Assembly (NCBI GenBank): GCA_949372875.1
Contig: CASIAW010000012.1
Coordinates: 11,651-75,650, forward strand
DNA length: 64,000 nucleotides
Direction: 5' to 3'
Origin: Candidatus Poseidoniaceae archaeon
GTDB lineage: Archaea; Thermoplasmatota; Poseidoniia; Poseidoniales; Poseidoniaceae
Part shown: in pieces, positions 25,224 to 35,200 of the stretch
How positions within the stretch are numbered: the first letter of the stretch is position 1
Layout of the letters: the number at the start of each line of letters is the position of its first letter
Notes under the pieces: generated by a model
Told to the model about the DNA's origin: nothing
Seen by the model: the letters and a program-made list of their open reading frames with translations, nothing else
The model's database searches: none
Position numbers and translations under genes: made by a program

Positions 25224-26129
25224 TTGAAACCAAAAAGCGACAGAATGCGATTAAATCAACGAGGGTTTGATATGAAGTCGCTCGAGACACAGCATGTGGC
25301 TCGTCAAACCTTGCGGATTATCTTCATGGGTCGGGACATCGAGCTTCGTCTCGTTTCCTTGGTTGTTCGTGCCCGCGAAGCTGCTGATGAAGTGGTCCTC
25401 TTGGATCTCGGCTCAAATGATTCTACCGTGGAATATGCGGAAGAAGTGGACTGCGAAGTCCTTCATTTTAGCAACGAGGTGAATGTGCAGAATGTCGCTT
25501 CTTTCCTTCTTGATTCTAATCTCGAGAGAATGGACTCAACACTTGTCATATCAATTACTGACCAGTGGAAATTACGTGACCTTCCACTTTCTATAAATCG
25601 AGCAAGGGAGAACTGGGATTTTCATTTATCACATCAAGTCGGGGACGCTCAAGGTGAATCCTTTGATGAATTGACTTTGAGTTCTGCTCAGATTCAACAC
25701 GTGGTTCTCACCCATCAAGGGATGGAGGCGATTGCGTACCTTGGACCGTTGGCACGTACTTCCGAGTTAGATGAGTCGCTCCGTGTTCGAATTGTTGAAG
25801 CAAGATCAAATGTCAATATCCCACAGCGTGAATCCTTAGCAACCGCTTCGCGTTTTGCTCAACTCTTCTATTGGATGCTTGAAACGAAACATCCACTGCT
25901 TCTCTTCGGAATACCTGGCATCGTTTTGTTCATTCTCGGGTACAGACTCTCTGGGAACCTTGTTGGTGCATTGGAAGAGCTTAATTCAACATCTATTGGA
26001 GTGACACTAGCAACCATTGCTATGACGCTTATTGGATTGTTTGGAATCATGGTTGCTTTAATTCTCTACATTATGGGTAAACAAGTTGAACAAATTCAAT
26101 CACAGTATAACTGGCCCTCACGAGAGTAA
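25224..26129 (+). CDS. Divergent GT2-like membrane protein (degenerate catalytic domain, conserved C-terminal TM pair)
   Basis: VVLLDLGSNDSTVEYA resembles the GT-A DxGSxD motif. The C-terminus KHPLLLFGIPGIVLFILGY...IGLFGIMVALILYIMGK is typical of DPM-synthase-like GT2 tails. Start uncertain (TTG 25224 or ATG 25272). Confidence 0.45.
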   Translation: MKPKSDRMRLNQRGFDMKSLETQHVARQTLRIIFMGRDIELRLVSLVVRAREAADEVVLLDLGSNDSTVEYAEEVDCEVLHFSNEVNVQNVASFLLDSNLERMDSTLVISITDQWKLRDLPLSINRARENWDFHLSHQVGDAQGESFDELTLSSAQIQHVVLTHQGMEAIAYLGPLARTSELDESLRVRIVEARSNVNIPQRESLATASRFAQLFYWMLETKHPLLLFGIPGIVLFILGYRLSGNLVGALEELNSTSIGVTLATIAMTLIGLFGIMVALILYIMGKQVEQIQSQYNWPSRE

Positions 26130-26956
26130 TGAAAAACAATCAAAGGAGAACTGGAACTATGTCAAAGCCTTCAGTCGAACGTTTGGTTTGTCTCGATATG
26201 GACCGTGTCTTGGTCGACCATCTTTCTACATGGCAATTTGTTTATGACAATTTAGGTATTTCAAATGACGAATCTTTTGAACTGTATAATCAGGGTTTAC
26301 TTGATGAATGGGACTGGATTAAACTGGACATTGCCCTCATCAAGGAAAGTCAATCCCCAGACCTTCCGCCTCTTTCCGATTCTGATTTACGGGCCTGCAT
26401 GGAAGGGATGCCAATGATGAAAAATTGGAAGCCATTTATTCAAGGGCTCATCGATAAAGGCTATCATGTGGCCATTGTAAGTGGTGGCTTACAACAAACC
26501 GCTCGAGACATTGCAGCCCAATTCCCAAGCCAGAACCCATGGTCTCGACGTTGGGGGGGTATCGACCCATACACTGCACAACGTTTTGCTGACGGAATGG
26601 ATACCCAACTTCATGTTTTCACGAATGGGTGGCTCTTAGGTAAGCAGTTTCCGAACGGTGAATATGATTTAGATGATTTTGGTCGTTACCAAGTTCAGAT
26701 GGATGGAAAAGGCTCGGTTGTTAAGATGCTTCAACGGCGATTGGGTATTGCTAAGCAGAACACTGCTTCAGTTGGAGATTCAGCTGGCGACATTTCAATG
26801 TTTCAAGAATCGGGATACCCTATTTGCTTCAATCCATGGGATGACCGTCCAAAAAAGCACGCTGCGGTTGTGATTGAAGAAAAAGACCTGTTGCCAGTTG
26901 GTGAACTGATTTCTGCCTATTTTGATTCAGTTGAAGCGTCATCTTATGAACAGTAA
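26129..26956 (+). CDS. HAD-superfamily hydrolase (phosphoserine phosphatase-like subfamily IB)
   Basis: Motif I VCLDMDRVLVD, motif II IVSGG, motif IV VGDSAGDISMF. Start overlaps the upstream stop (TAATG). Confidence 0.7.
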   Translation: MKNNQRRTGTMSKPSVERLVCLDMDRVLVDHLSTWQFVYDNLGISNDESFELYNQGLLDEWDWIKLDIALIKESQSPDLPPLSDSDLRACMEGMPMMKNWKPFIQGLIDKGYHVAIVSGGLQQTARDIAAQFPSQNPWSRRWGGIDPYTAQRFADGMDTQLHVFTNGWLLGKQFPNGEYDLDDFGRYQVQMDGKGSVVKMLQRRLGIAKQNTASVGDSAGDISMFQESGYPICFNPWDDRPKKHAAVVIEEKDLLPVGELISAYFDSVEASSYEQ

Positions 26957-26971
26957 CTGTGAGTGGCCGAT

Positions 26972-27079
26972 ATGATCGTTGACGATTTCATGACGTCGCT
27001 TTGCCCGAATTGTGGATTTCTGCTCGGAGAATTTATCCCAGGATTACCCTGTCCAAATTGTGGTGAGCCATTACTCTAA
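26972..27079 (+). CDS. 35-aa zinc-ribbon mini-protein (not in the ORF track)
   Basis: My translation: MIVDDFMTSLCPNCGFLLGEFIPGLPCPNCGEPLL*. Two CPNCG knuckles, and it fills an otherwise empty 119-nt gap. Confidence 0.35.
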   Translation: MIVDDFMTSLCPNCGFLLGEFIPGLPCPNCGEPLL

Positions 27080-28119
27080 ACTTCTGTAAATTGAACGCCA
27101 TGTTGCTTCATCAGGTCGATAATGGAATCAATGGCTTGTTCATTCAATGCTTCGGGAGGGTGTATTCCCGGGTTCAAACCACATCCTTCCAGCGGCCCCT
27201 TGTTGAGGAATTGTAGTGCACAAGCAGCGGTTACTAAACCAGTTGTTCGTGCCATCGAACCATCACCATTCAAACCACTGTCTTGAACAATCCACTTCTT
27301 TAGTCCCTGTTCAGATTTGGCAATGACTTCCAGCCATGTGAATTCTTCACGCGAGGGGTCAAATTCCCATGCTTTGAGAAGTTCCAGTTCATCGAGTGAT
27401 TCAGATTCATTGAGCCATTTGTCGATATGACCTGGCCATCGCACCGTGAATTCCTTCATGTTCGATGCCGGAATTGTCGTGAGGACACTTCTCAATCCAT
27501 CTGTTAAAAATGCCTCCATCTGTCCATAACCATCGACTTCAATCATGTGTCTGTCCGTAATTGCTGGGACTTCACAGATTTCATTTTCCACTTTAATTCT
27601 CGCTGGCCGAGTATATTCTTCAATAACATCGGATGGCGAAAAAGGTGCCATGTAGGACCATTCAGAGTCTGGTTGAGTCGGGTTTCCACCAACTTTGATG
27701 GTCACCGTATCCAAGTGCCCTAGCATTTGAGAGGCTTTTTTAGCAAGCATGTTTGACATTCCAGGTGCAATACCCACATCCCAGAGTAATACCGATTCAT
27801 TTTTGACAGCCAGGTCTTGGTATTGGTGGGGGTCTTCAGCAGTGAATGCAAGGTCAACCACTTGGTGCCCTGCCTCGAGTAAAATTGGCCTTACACGGTT
27901 ACCAATCCTTCCTGGCAGCATATTGATGACGACAGATTTTGAAGGTATATTTCCGAGGTTTTGGAACACATCACCTTGCCGAGCATCTACATTTGGCCGT
28001 TCTGCCAGATGCTTTGGAATGTTTAAATCAAGAACAATTACTTCATGTCCGTGCTCAAGCAGTCGTTCGATGACGAATTGACCGACAAGTCCACAACCGA
28101 GTGCGATTGCAACAGCCAT
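27076..28119 (-). CDS. Saccharopine dehydrogenase-like NAD(P)-binding oxidoreductase
   Basis: Rossmann N-terminus IALGCGLVGQFV...VIVLDLN, and LWDVGIAPGMSNMLA typical of the Sacchrp_dh family. Confidence 0.6.
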   Translation of the reverse strand: MAVAIALGCGLVGQFVIERLLEHGHEVIVLDLNIPKHLAERPNVDARQGDVFQNLGNIPSKSVVINMLPGRIGNRVRPILLEAGHQVVDLAFTAEDPHQYQDLAVKNESVLLWDVGIAPGMSNMLAKKASQMLGHLDTVTIKVGGNPTQPDSEWSYMAPFSPSDVIEEYTRPARIKVENEICEVPAITDRHMIEVDGYGQMEAFLTDGLRSVLTTIPASNMKEFTVRWPGHIDKWLNESESLDELELLKAWEFDPSREEFTWLEVIAKSEQGLKKWIVQDSGLNGDGSMARTTGLVTAACALQFLNKGPLEGCGLNPGIHPPEALNEQAIDSIIDLMKQHGVQFTEV

Positions 28120-28127
28120 GAAATCAC

Positions 28128-29477
28128 CTAAGGTGTTACACGCCGAGACGTTCTTGGGAATGGAATGACTTCACGAATGTGAGTTGCTCCAGCGAGCCAA
28201 CTAACGACCCGATCTACACCGAGGCCAAATCCACCGTGTGGCACTCCTCCATAGGAACGAGTGTCGATATAGAATTGATACGGCTCACGTGGTGTGCCTT
28301 CTTCATCAATTCGTGCTAAGATTTCCTCTTCGGACCATGTCCTCTCACCGCCGCCAATGATTTCGCCATAGCCTTCGGGTGCTAACAAATCATGGCAAAG
28401 GACATACTTGTCTTCATCTGGGTCCACGCGATGATAGAATGGTTTGGCAATTTTTGGGTAATGAGTAAGGAAGTGAGGAACGTCAAAATCTTGGGTGAGT
28501 ATCTTTTCCTTTGAATAGTCAAGGTCCTGTCCCCATTCCACATCGACTCCTTTTCCTTGAAGGATCTCGACTGCTTCGTCGTAGCGCATTCGTGGATACG
28601 GGCTGTCCGCATACCGAGCGATTAAGTCCAAATCACGGTCAAGCGATACCAGTTCCTGCTCTTGCTCTTCAAGCATAGTTCGTGCAACATGACGAACAAC
28701 GCCTTCTCCATGAATCATAATTTCATCATTTGTAGCCCAAGCCATTTCCATCTCTGCATGCCAGAATTCAGTGAGATGGCGACGAGTTCGGGATTTTTCA
28801 GCTCGGAACGATGGTGCGATTGTGTAGAGGCGTTCCAGTGCTGGCATTGCTGCTTCAGCATAGAGTTGCCATGATTGAGTAAGGTAAGCAGTTCGGCCAA
28901 AATAGGGAACCTCAAACAATGTTGAGCCACCTTCAACAGCACCGGTGACGAAGTTTGGTGCTTGGTATTCAATGAAATCTTCATTTCGGAAGTAATTGTG
29001 AATTGCTCCAAAAGCAGAACTACGCAACTTTAGCATCGACGTCATGCGACTTGTGCGTAGATAGAGGTGACGATTGTCCAAAAGGAACTCTGAGCCACCG
29101 GGCATAATTTCTCCGTCTTCATCTTCAGCTTCTAGAGATTCTTTGTTAATTGGGAAAGGGCGCTCAGGATTGACTGGTCCGATGATTTCGAAGGCTGTAG
29201 CAATGAGTTCATGGCCGCCATCTGCACGTTCATCAGCATTGACAACACCAGTGATGATGACTGAGGTTTCAATGAGCACATTTTTCACTTCTTGAAACAA
29301 TTCTTCTCCAAGAGCATCTTTTTTGACGACGCATTGGATGTTTCCTGTTGAATCACGCAAAACGATGAAGCGCATTTTGTTGCTTCCACGTTCGCGTTTT
29401 ATCCAACCTTTCAGTTCGACTTCTTGGTCGTCATACTTTCCTGCCTGAACATCTCCAATCCAAATGGTCTTTACCAT
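28128..29477 (-). CDS. asnS: Asparaginyl-tRNA synthetase (class IIb Asp/Asn family)
   Basis: OB-fold N-terminus (VELKGWIKRERGSNKMRFIVLRDSTG). FGRTAYLTQSWQLYAE...APSFRAEKSRTRRHLTEFWHAEMEMAW favours AsnRS. Motif 3 GGFGLGVDRVV. Confidence 0.8.
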   Translation of the reverse strand: MVKTIWIGDVQAGKYDDQEVELKGWIKRERGSNKMRFIVLRDSTGNIQCVVKKDALGEELFQEVKNVLIETSVIITGVVNADERADGGHELIATAFEIIGPVNPERPFPINKESLEAEDEDGEIMPGGSEFLLDNRHLYLRTSRMTSMLKLRSSAFGAIHNYFRNEDFIEYQAPNFVTGAVEGGSTLFEVPYFGRTAYLTQSWQLYAEAAMPALERLYTIAPSFRAEKSRTRRHLTEFWHAEMEMAWATNDEIMIHGEGVVRHVARTMLEEQEQELVSLDRDLDLIARYADSPYPRMRYDEAVEILQGKGVDVEWGQDLDYSKEKILTQDFDVPHFLTHYPKIAKPFYHRVDPDEDKYVLCHDLLAPEGYGEIIGGGERTWSEEEILARIDEEGTPREPYQFYIDTRSYGGVPHGGFGLGVDRVVSWLAGATHIREVIPFPRTSRRVTP

Positions 29478-29614
29478 GCTCGCACCTGTCTATGGGTGGC
29501 ACCCTCTCTAATTCAATGTCACCCTAATGGAGGCATGGTAGAGTCTGCCAAACTGGCTCCCTTTTGACGGTAGAGAGGCAAAGGGTCAAACCCTTTCAAC
29601 ACTGCAAGTGATTT

Positions 29615-30523
29615 ATGTCACGAATCGCCGTTTACGCTATAGGCGGAAATGCTCTTTCATCTCCAGTTCCAAAAGAAGGCGATACGAGTGCGGAAATTCT
29701 GGCTCATGTGATGTCGGATGTCATCGACTTGCTCGAGGCTGGTTGGGGGGTTGTGCTCACTCACGGAAACGGCCCTCAAGTAGGCCATCTCATGGAATTA
29801 GATGCAGAGCAAACACAAACAATGGATGCTTGGGTTGCGGCGACTCAAGGCATGATTGGACATTCCTTAGCCCTGAACCTGGATTCTATTTTACACCGGC
29901 GTAGACGTCCTGAACGAACAGCATGCGTCATTACTCGAGTCCTGGTCGATGGAGATGATAGCGGGTTCAAACAACCAAGCAAACCTGTTGGCCCAGTTTT
30001 GCAACCCGAAGTGGTCATGTCGGCTGATTGGGATATTGCTGAGACCATTCAAGGTCCGCGGCGAGTCGTAGCCAGCCCATTACCGATGAAAGTCATTGAT
30101 TTACCCGTTATTCAAAAGTTGGTTGAACTGCATGCTGTTGTTGTCTGTGGAGGAGGAGGTGGCATCCCTATTATCCAAAAAGGAGAACACTTTATTGGTG
30201 TTCCAGCAGTCATTGATAAAGATCGACTTTCCGCACTCTTGGCCATTCAATTAGAAGCAGATGCGCTCATCATCTCGACTGCTGTTGATGCTGTGCGAAC
30301 AGACTTCGGTGGCGCGAATGAAAAAATTCATCATCGCCTCTCTTTGGATGAATGTGAACGTTACATGGAACAAGGAGAATTCCCTGCAGGTTCAATGGCG
30401 CCGAAGATTGGTAGTTTAATGGAAGCAGCCCTCCATCGTCCGGGATTATCTGCTATTCTCTGCCAGCCAGGAGAGGCTCTTCTTGCGCTGCGTGGTGAAG
30501 CCGGCACCACTATTGAAGTTTGA
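29615..30523 (+). CDS. arcC: Carbamate kinase
   Basis: IAVYAIGGNAL...VLTHGNGPQVG...VVVCGGGGGIP...AVIDKDR matches carbamate kinase throughout. Confidence 0.9.
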   Translation: MSRIAVYAIGGNALSSPVPKEGDTSAEILAHVMSDVIDLLEAGWGVVLTHGNGPQVGHLMELDAEQTQTMDAWVAATQGMIGHSLALNLDSILHRRRRPERTACVITRVLVDGDDSGFKQPSKPVGPVLQPEVVMSADWDIAETIQGPRRVVASPLPMKVIDLPVIQKLVELHAVVVCGGGGGIPIIQKGEHFIGVPAVIDKDRLSALLAIQLEADALIISTAVDAVRTDFGGANEKIHHRLSLDECERYMEQGEFPAGSMAPKIGSLMEAALHRPGLSAILCQPGEALLALRGEAGTTIEV

Positions 30524-30567
30524 ATTTGCAAGCGCATGTTGATATGCCTGTTCTCAATCCCCGTTGT

Positions 30568-31020
30568 ATGGAAGACACACCATACACACTGATTGAAGCC
30601 TCTGCCCACTGCGATGGACCTTGCGGAGTATATGACCCAGCAAGCGCTCGAGTTGCAGGTGAAGCAGTTCAATCAATGACAAAGAAAATGCTCGCTCTTG
30701 AATACCCACAAATCTTCAGTTCCGAATCAATGGCAACCTACATGAACACCATGAGCCGTTACGCAGCAATCAAGGAAGAAGAAGCACAAAAGTGCAAGAA
30801 AGAACTATTGGTTCTTTGGACTGATTTCTTCAAGCCAATGCACCTTGAGGCTCACCCAGAACTCCACACGACTTTTTGGAACGCAGCAAAACTTTGCAGT
30901 GCATGTAAAGTGGAAGTTTCTGCTCAACACGCTCAAGAACTTATGGACGCAATCGAAGCAATCCACAATATGTTCTGGTCAATCAAGGGCCGTGAAGTCC
31001 CTTGGATCCGTGCAAGTTGA
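30568..31020 (+). CDS. sodN: Nickel superoxide dismutase precursor
   Basis: 13-aa propeptide MEDTPYTLIEASA followed by the Ni-hook HCDGPCGVYDPA. LWTDFFKPMHLEAHPELH and NMFWSIKG parallel Streptomyces NiSOD. Confidence 0.85.
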   Translation: MEDTPYTLIEASAHCDGPCGVYDPASARVAGEAVQSMTKKMLALEYPQIFSSESMATYMNTMSRYAAIKEEEAQKCKKELLVLWTDFFKPMHLEAHPELHTTFWNAAKLCSACKVEVSAQHAQELMDAIEAIHNMFWSIKGREVPWIRAS

Positions 31021-31029
31021 GGTCAGAAC

Positions 31030-31323
31030 ATGACCCTTGTCCGAGTTCGAATTTCGGGCGACAGCATGTGGCCTACGTTTCCCGACGGTACAGAACTGGA
31101 ATTCCTTTCTATCGATGTGAAAACTCCACTGGTTGGCGATGTTGTCTTAGCGACTCATCCTTTCCATTCTGAAACTCGAATCGTCAAAAGAATTGCTTCT
31201 CTTGAAGAGGAAATGGTCTTCTTAGTAGGAGATAACCCAGACCCTACGGCCAGTGAAGACTCCCACAATTTTGGGAGAATACACCGAAAGCAACTCATTG
31301 GATTTTGCATTGCAATAAAATGA
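31030..31323 (+). CDS. sodX: S26/S24-type signal-peptidase-like NiSOD maturation protease (SodX-like)
   Basis: ISGDSMWPTF (catalytic Ser box), IVKRIAS (Lys box), LVGDN..........SHNFG. Lies immediately downstream of sodN. Confidence 0.75.
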   Translation: MTLVRVRISGDSMWPTFPDGTELEFLSIDVKTPLVGDVVLATHPFHSETRIVKRIASLEEEMVFLVGDNPDPTASEDSHNFGRIHRKQLIGFCIAIK

Positions 31324-31336
31324 ATCATTGCTTGAG

Positions 31337-31413
31337 TGGCGGGCCTGACGGGGTTCGAACCCGCGACCGATGGATTAAGAGTCCATCGCTCTACCTGACT
31401 AAGCTACAGGCCC
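31337..31413 (-). tRNA. tRNA-Lys (anticodon CUU), CCA encoded
   Basis: The reverse complement reads GGGCCTG-TA-GCTT-AGTCAGGTA-GAGC-G-ATGGA-CTCTTAA-TCCAT-CGGTC-GCGGG-TTCGAAC-CCCGT-CAGGCCC-G-CCA. Confidence 0.9.
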
Positions 31414-31435
31414 ATCCAACGGTCTCATACACCCG

Positions 31436-31442
31436 TATTTAA
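31436..31442 (-). promoter_or_regulatory. TATA-like box (TTAAATA on the minus strand) centred about 26 nt upstream of tRNA-Lys
   Basis: Position and A/T-rich heptamer fit archaeal promoter spacing. No experimental support. Confidence 0.3.
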
Positions 31443-31460
31443 CAATTGAGAAACGGATGT

Positions 31461-32165
31461 TCACTTCAAGCGCCCATTTGGATTGACAAATGTTTCAACT
31501 CCATTTGCACCAGCGAGAACGACAACATCGCACATATCGTTGAAGAGCCCTACTTGAACAACACCAGCGATGTTAAGAATCTCTTTCTCCATAGCCACTG
31601 GGTCCTGGATTGTCGGTCCGCAGTGTGCATCAGCAATCATGTTTCCATTATCGGTAATAACCGGATTATCACCGGACATTCTACAATTCACGCGACAATC
31701 CAAAACTCGGCCGAGAACTCGGATAGTTGCTTGATGGGCAAAAGGCGTTATTTCGATCGGAAGTGGGAAGGCTCCAAGTTTTTCAACACGCTTTCTATCA
31801 TCCGCAACAACGACCATTCCTGCAGATTCTTGTGCCACTATTTTTTCTCGCAATAGCGCTGCACCCCCACCTTTGATGAGTTGAAAGTCCGGATCGTATT
31901 CATCTGCTCCATCTATCACAACATCGAGACCATCAATATCCGATAGTTCAACCAGAGGTATTCCTACCTCCAGAGCGATTTTCTCTGTCGCCAGTGATGT
32001 GGGTACACCTACAATTTCAAGCCCCTCTTCAGCAATCATTCTTCCGAGTTCAATGACCGTGTGCTTGACGGTTGAGCCAGTGCCTAGGCCAACTTTCATT
32101 CCACTGCGAACATAGGAACAGGCAGCGATTCCCGCCTCTTTTTTCAACATCTCAACATCGGTCAT
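31461..32165 (-). CDS. rpiA: Ribose-5-phosphate isomerase A
   Basis: MTDVEMLKKEAGIAACSYVRSGMKVGLGTGSTV...VGVPTS...DGADE...KGGGAALLREKI. The ATG at 32165 aligns with the E. coli RpiA N-terminus. Confidence 0.88.
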   Translation of the reverse strand: MTDVEMLKKEAGIAACSYVRSGMKVGLGTGSTVKHTVIELGRMIAEEGLEIVGVPTSLATEKIALEVGIPLVELSDIDGLDVVIDGADEYDPDFQLIKGGGAALLREKIVAQESAGMVVVADDRKRVEKLGAFPLPIEITPFAHQATIRVLGRVLDCRVNCRMSGDNPVITDNGNMIADAHCGPTIQDPVAMEKEILNIAGVVQVGLFNDMCDVVVLAGANGVETFVNPNGRLK

Positions 32166-32287
32166 GTGTGTCGTTCTCCCTCTAAAGCCCTTGAGCATTG
32201 TGTCATGATTTTTCTAAATTCTCCATCCCTACGGGATGAAATTTACTTGCGAAGACTTTTGACCTATCAAGGTGCGTAGGGAATACT

Positions 32288-35200
32288 ATGGGGACAGTGC
32301 GGGCCATGCCACTTCGCTGCCTTGCAGTCGTCACACTGTTCTTGCTGTCTACGCTCATGCAGGGCTACAGCATATCTCCCGAAGACAGCCTCAATGGTTT
32401 TGAGTCTCCTTTGAACAGTCCGACACCAATTGGTCAAAGCAACATGTTATCGATCGGTTCCTTCCCAGACGGTGCAAACACTAACACAGTTTTGGGAGTG
32501 GTTGACGGGGATGCTCTTCAATCACTTGATGTGAATATTGAATCAGCCTCTCTTGCCTCTTCAACTGGCTATTCACTGACCGAATCTCTCGATTTTTCAA
32601 CAAATACGCTCTACGATGGTGTTGATGTAAATGGCTCATCACTGACAATTTTACCTCAAGGATGGGAATGGGACTTTGAAAATTCAAACCATGGTTGGAC
32701 TCTTGGCACTCCAGCATGGTTTTGGGGATATGACTCTGTTTTAGGACCAACAAACGGTGTCAGTAGCGGGGCGAAGGCGATTTATACGTATAATGGAAAT
32801 TACCCGAACGGACTGAGTTCCACGATTTGGGCCACATCTCCGGTGATGAATTGTTCATCTTGTTCTGGTTCTTGGGATTTGAGTTTCATGAAACGTCTCA
32901 GTATTGAAAGTGCAACTTGGGATCATGCATATGTGGCTGTAAAGGGAACCAATGGTGCGTGGACAAACGTTTATTCTTCAGTTTACACATCGGATTCTGC
33001 GTTTTATCAGCAAACAATCAGCATTACGAATTATGTGATAAATAACCCTTCTTTCCAAGTTCGATTTGGTATAGGCACAACGGATTCTTCTGTGAACTAT
33101 GATGGCTGGAATGTCGATGATGTTTCAGTCATGCCCAGTGGTACTGGTGTCTCATCGGGTGAAGGGAACTGGACTTCTGCCCCGTTTAGTCCTTCGACAC
33201 TGGGTCAAGGAGAAATGAGGACGTTTGGCTACCTGCATCTTGATGCGGAAGTTCCCGCCGGAGAAATACTCGAATGGCAACTCATTGATGCCGCCACATC
33301 ACAACCAGTCCCCGGATTTGAACACTCAACTGCTAAATCTATTGACCTTGGAATGATTGATTGGGAATCTCACCCGAGCGTCCGTCTCTCCATTCATATG
33401 AAAAGTCAATCTGGAGGTGTCCCCGCCGTTCATGGAATCCATTTTGAGGGTAAAGTGATAGAAGACTTTGAAGAAAACCCTACTGCAATGGGTTGGCAAT
33501 TACAGGCAAATTCATGGTCTACAGGTCAAATCTCGGGAACAGGTACCTTACTTTCTAAGGACTTCAACATTCGTTCAGGGTTTGCTGGTTTCAATTCCAA
33601 CTGTTCACTCTCAGGTAACGGTGAAATGCAATATTCTCTCGACGGAGGAACGACTTGGTCGACCCTCATTGATGGTATTCAATGGCTTTCAAACCCTCAC
33701 TTCACCGTTCAGTTCCGAACGATTTCAACTGGAGGTAGCTGGACACTGGACACGTTTGATGTTGAGATGATTCGGACAAGTGTAGCAGATGGACTCCGAA
33801 TCGATATTGGAATGGATGGCGTGAGTGATTGGTCGCTTGAAGGAAACGGAATAGGGCGGCTTGGAATTCAAGACCGACTCTCTGACGGTTCAATGTGGCA
33901 AACGCTCACATCGACTTCTTCGAACGCAGCATCTTTCAATTTCCTCCTTCCGGCAGACGGTGTTGAGGGATTTGAGTTTGGCATCGCCTCTCCTCTTCAA
34001 CAAATGATTTCTCCGTTTATTACAATGTCCATTGATGGTCAAGACTTCATGTCTTCTTCCTTACCGAACCTCCAAGACATTCAAGTCATACAACTTACAT
34101 CGACAGAACTTGCCTCGATGAATAATGCATTGTCTCAGGCTACAGTCTCCCATGGTGTAGAAGGTCTTCCTATGGTTGAGGTGACGCTTCGTCTTGGTTC
34201 TTCATCCACCAATGGTGAAGTTATGTTTGGTGGTATTTTTGCCCCTTATGATACATCACTATCCCTCCAATTTGATTCCTCGGACGCCGTTGTTATTGCT
34301 CTTAATGATGCGTTGCAATCTGAGACTTCAGTAGGCGGTGCCAAAGAACTCCTTCTTCCCATTCGTATGACCTCAACAGGTGCTGTGCACCTCACAGTTG
34401 TTCAGCAATCAACTCAAAGTTCAATCGAGCCAGTCTCGATTCAAGTATCCAATGTAACGGATTCTTTCACGCCCTCAACAGATTGGATTGAAGTTACGAG
34501 CACTTTTGATTTCTCCAACTTGGGTGTTAGTGACGCAGAAGCATACGTCAAAGCAAACGGTTGGGCTGTTGAAATGCACCTTCAGGGTCAAACTACTGAG
34601 TCACACACCCGTTGCCAAACAATGTCATTGCCAGTCTTTGGATCAGCAGTCAACGGTTGTTTGACTCAGGGAACTTCGATGATTTGGCTTCAGAATGGAG
34701 CCAATGGCGAAATCAGAATGCTCGGTAGCGAGGCATTTTTACAAATAGACCACAGATTCAAGTTTACTGAACAATGGGACGATGAAGAATCACTGAGCCT
34801 CTCTGTAAACCTCATCGCTCCAACTGGACCAATGCTGCCAGTGAGTATGAATTTCGGCCTTGGTTCATCCCATGGTGTCGAAAACGATGTAGCTGTCAAG
34901 AATTGGGGTATTTTGAATGGCAATCAAGTTCAGTCTATGCTTTCATCTCCATATCTTAATCCGGGTGATGACGTTATGGTGGAAGTTGAACTTGGCTTTG
35001 AAAACATTTCAATGAGTCCATCACCCCGTTCTGGCTCCACATTGGTCCGATTCTTGGCAGATGGGATCGAAATTCAGTCCACTTCAATCATTTCGAATGG
35101 TTTAGTCTCGTTCCCATGGACCGTTCCAGTCAACAAGGAGAGCATCACGTTATCACTGGATGTAACGCCTTTAAATGGTCAAGACATCGTTTTTGATGTC

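Noticed and set aside
29520-29600. tRNA-like fragment (GCATGGTAGAGTCTGC resembles a D-arm; AAAGGGTCAAACCCTTT resembles a T-arm)
   Set aside because: No complementary acceptor 3' strand exists downstream. The putative T-loop has only 5 nt and lacks TTCRA. I interpret these as promoter/operator palindromes.
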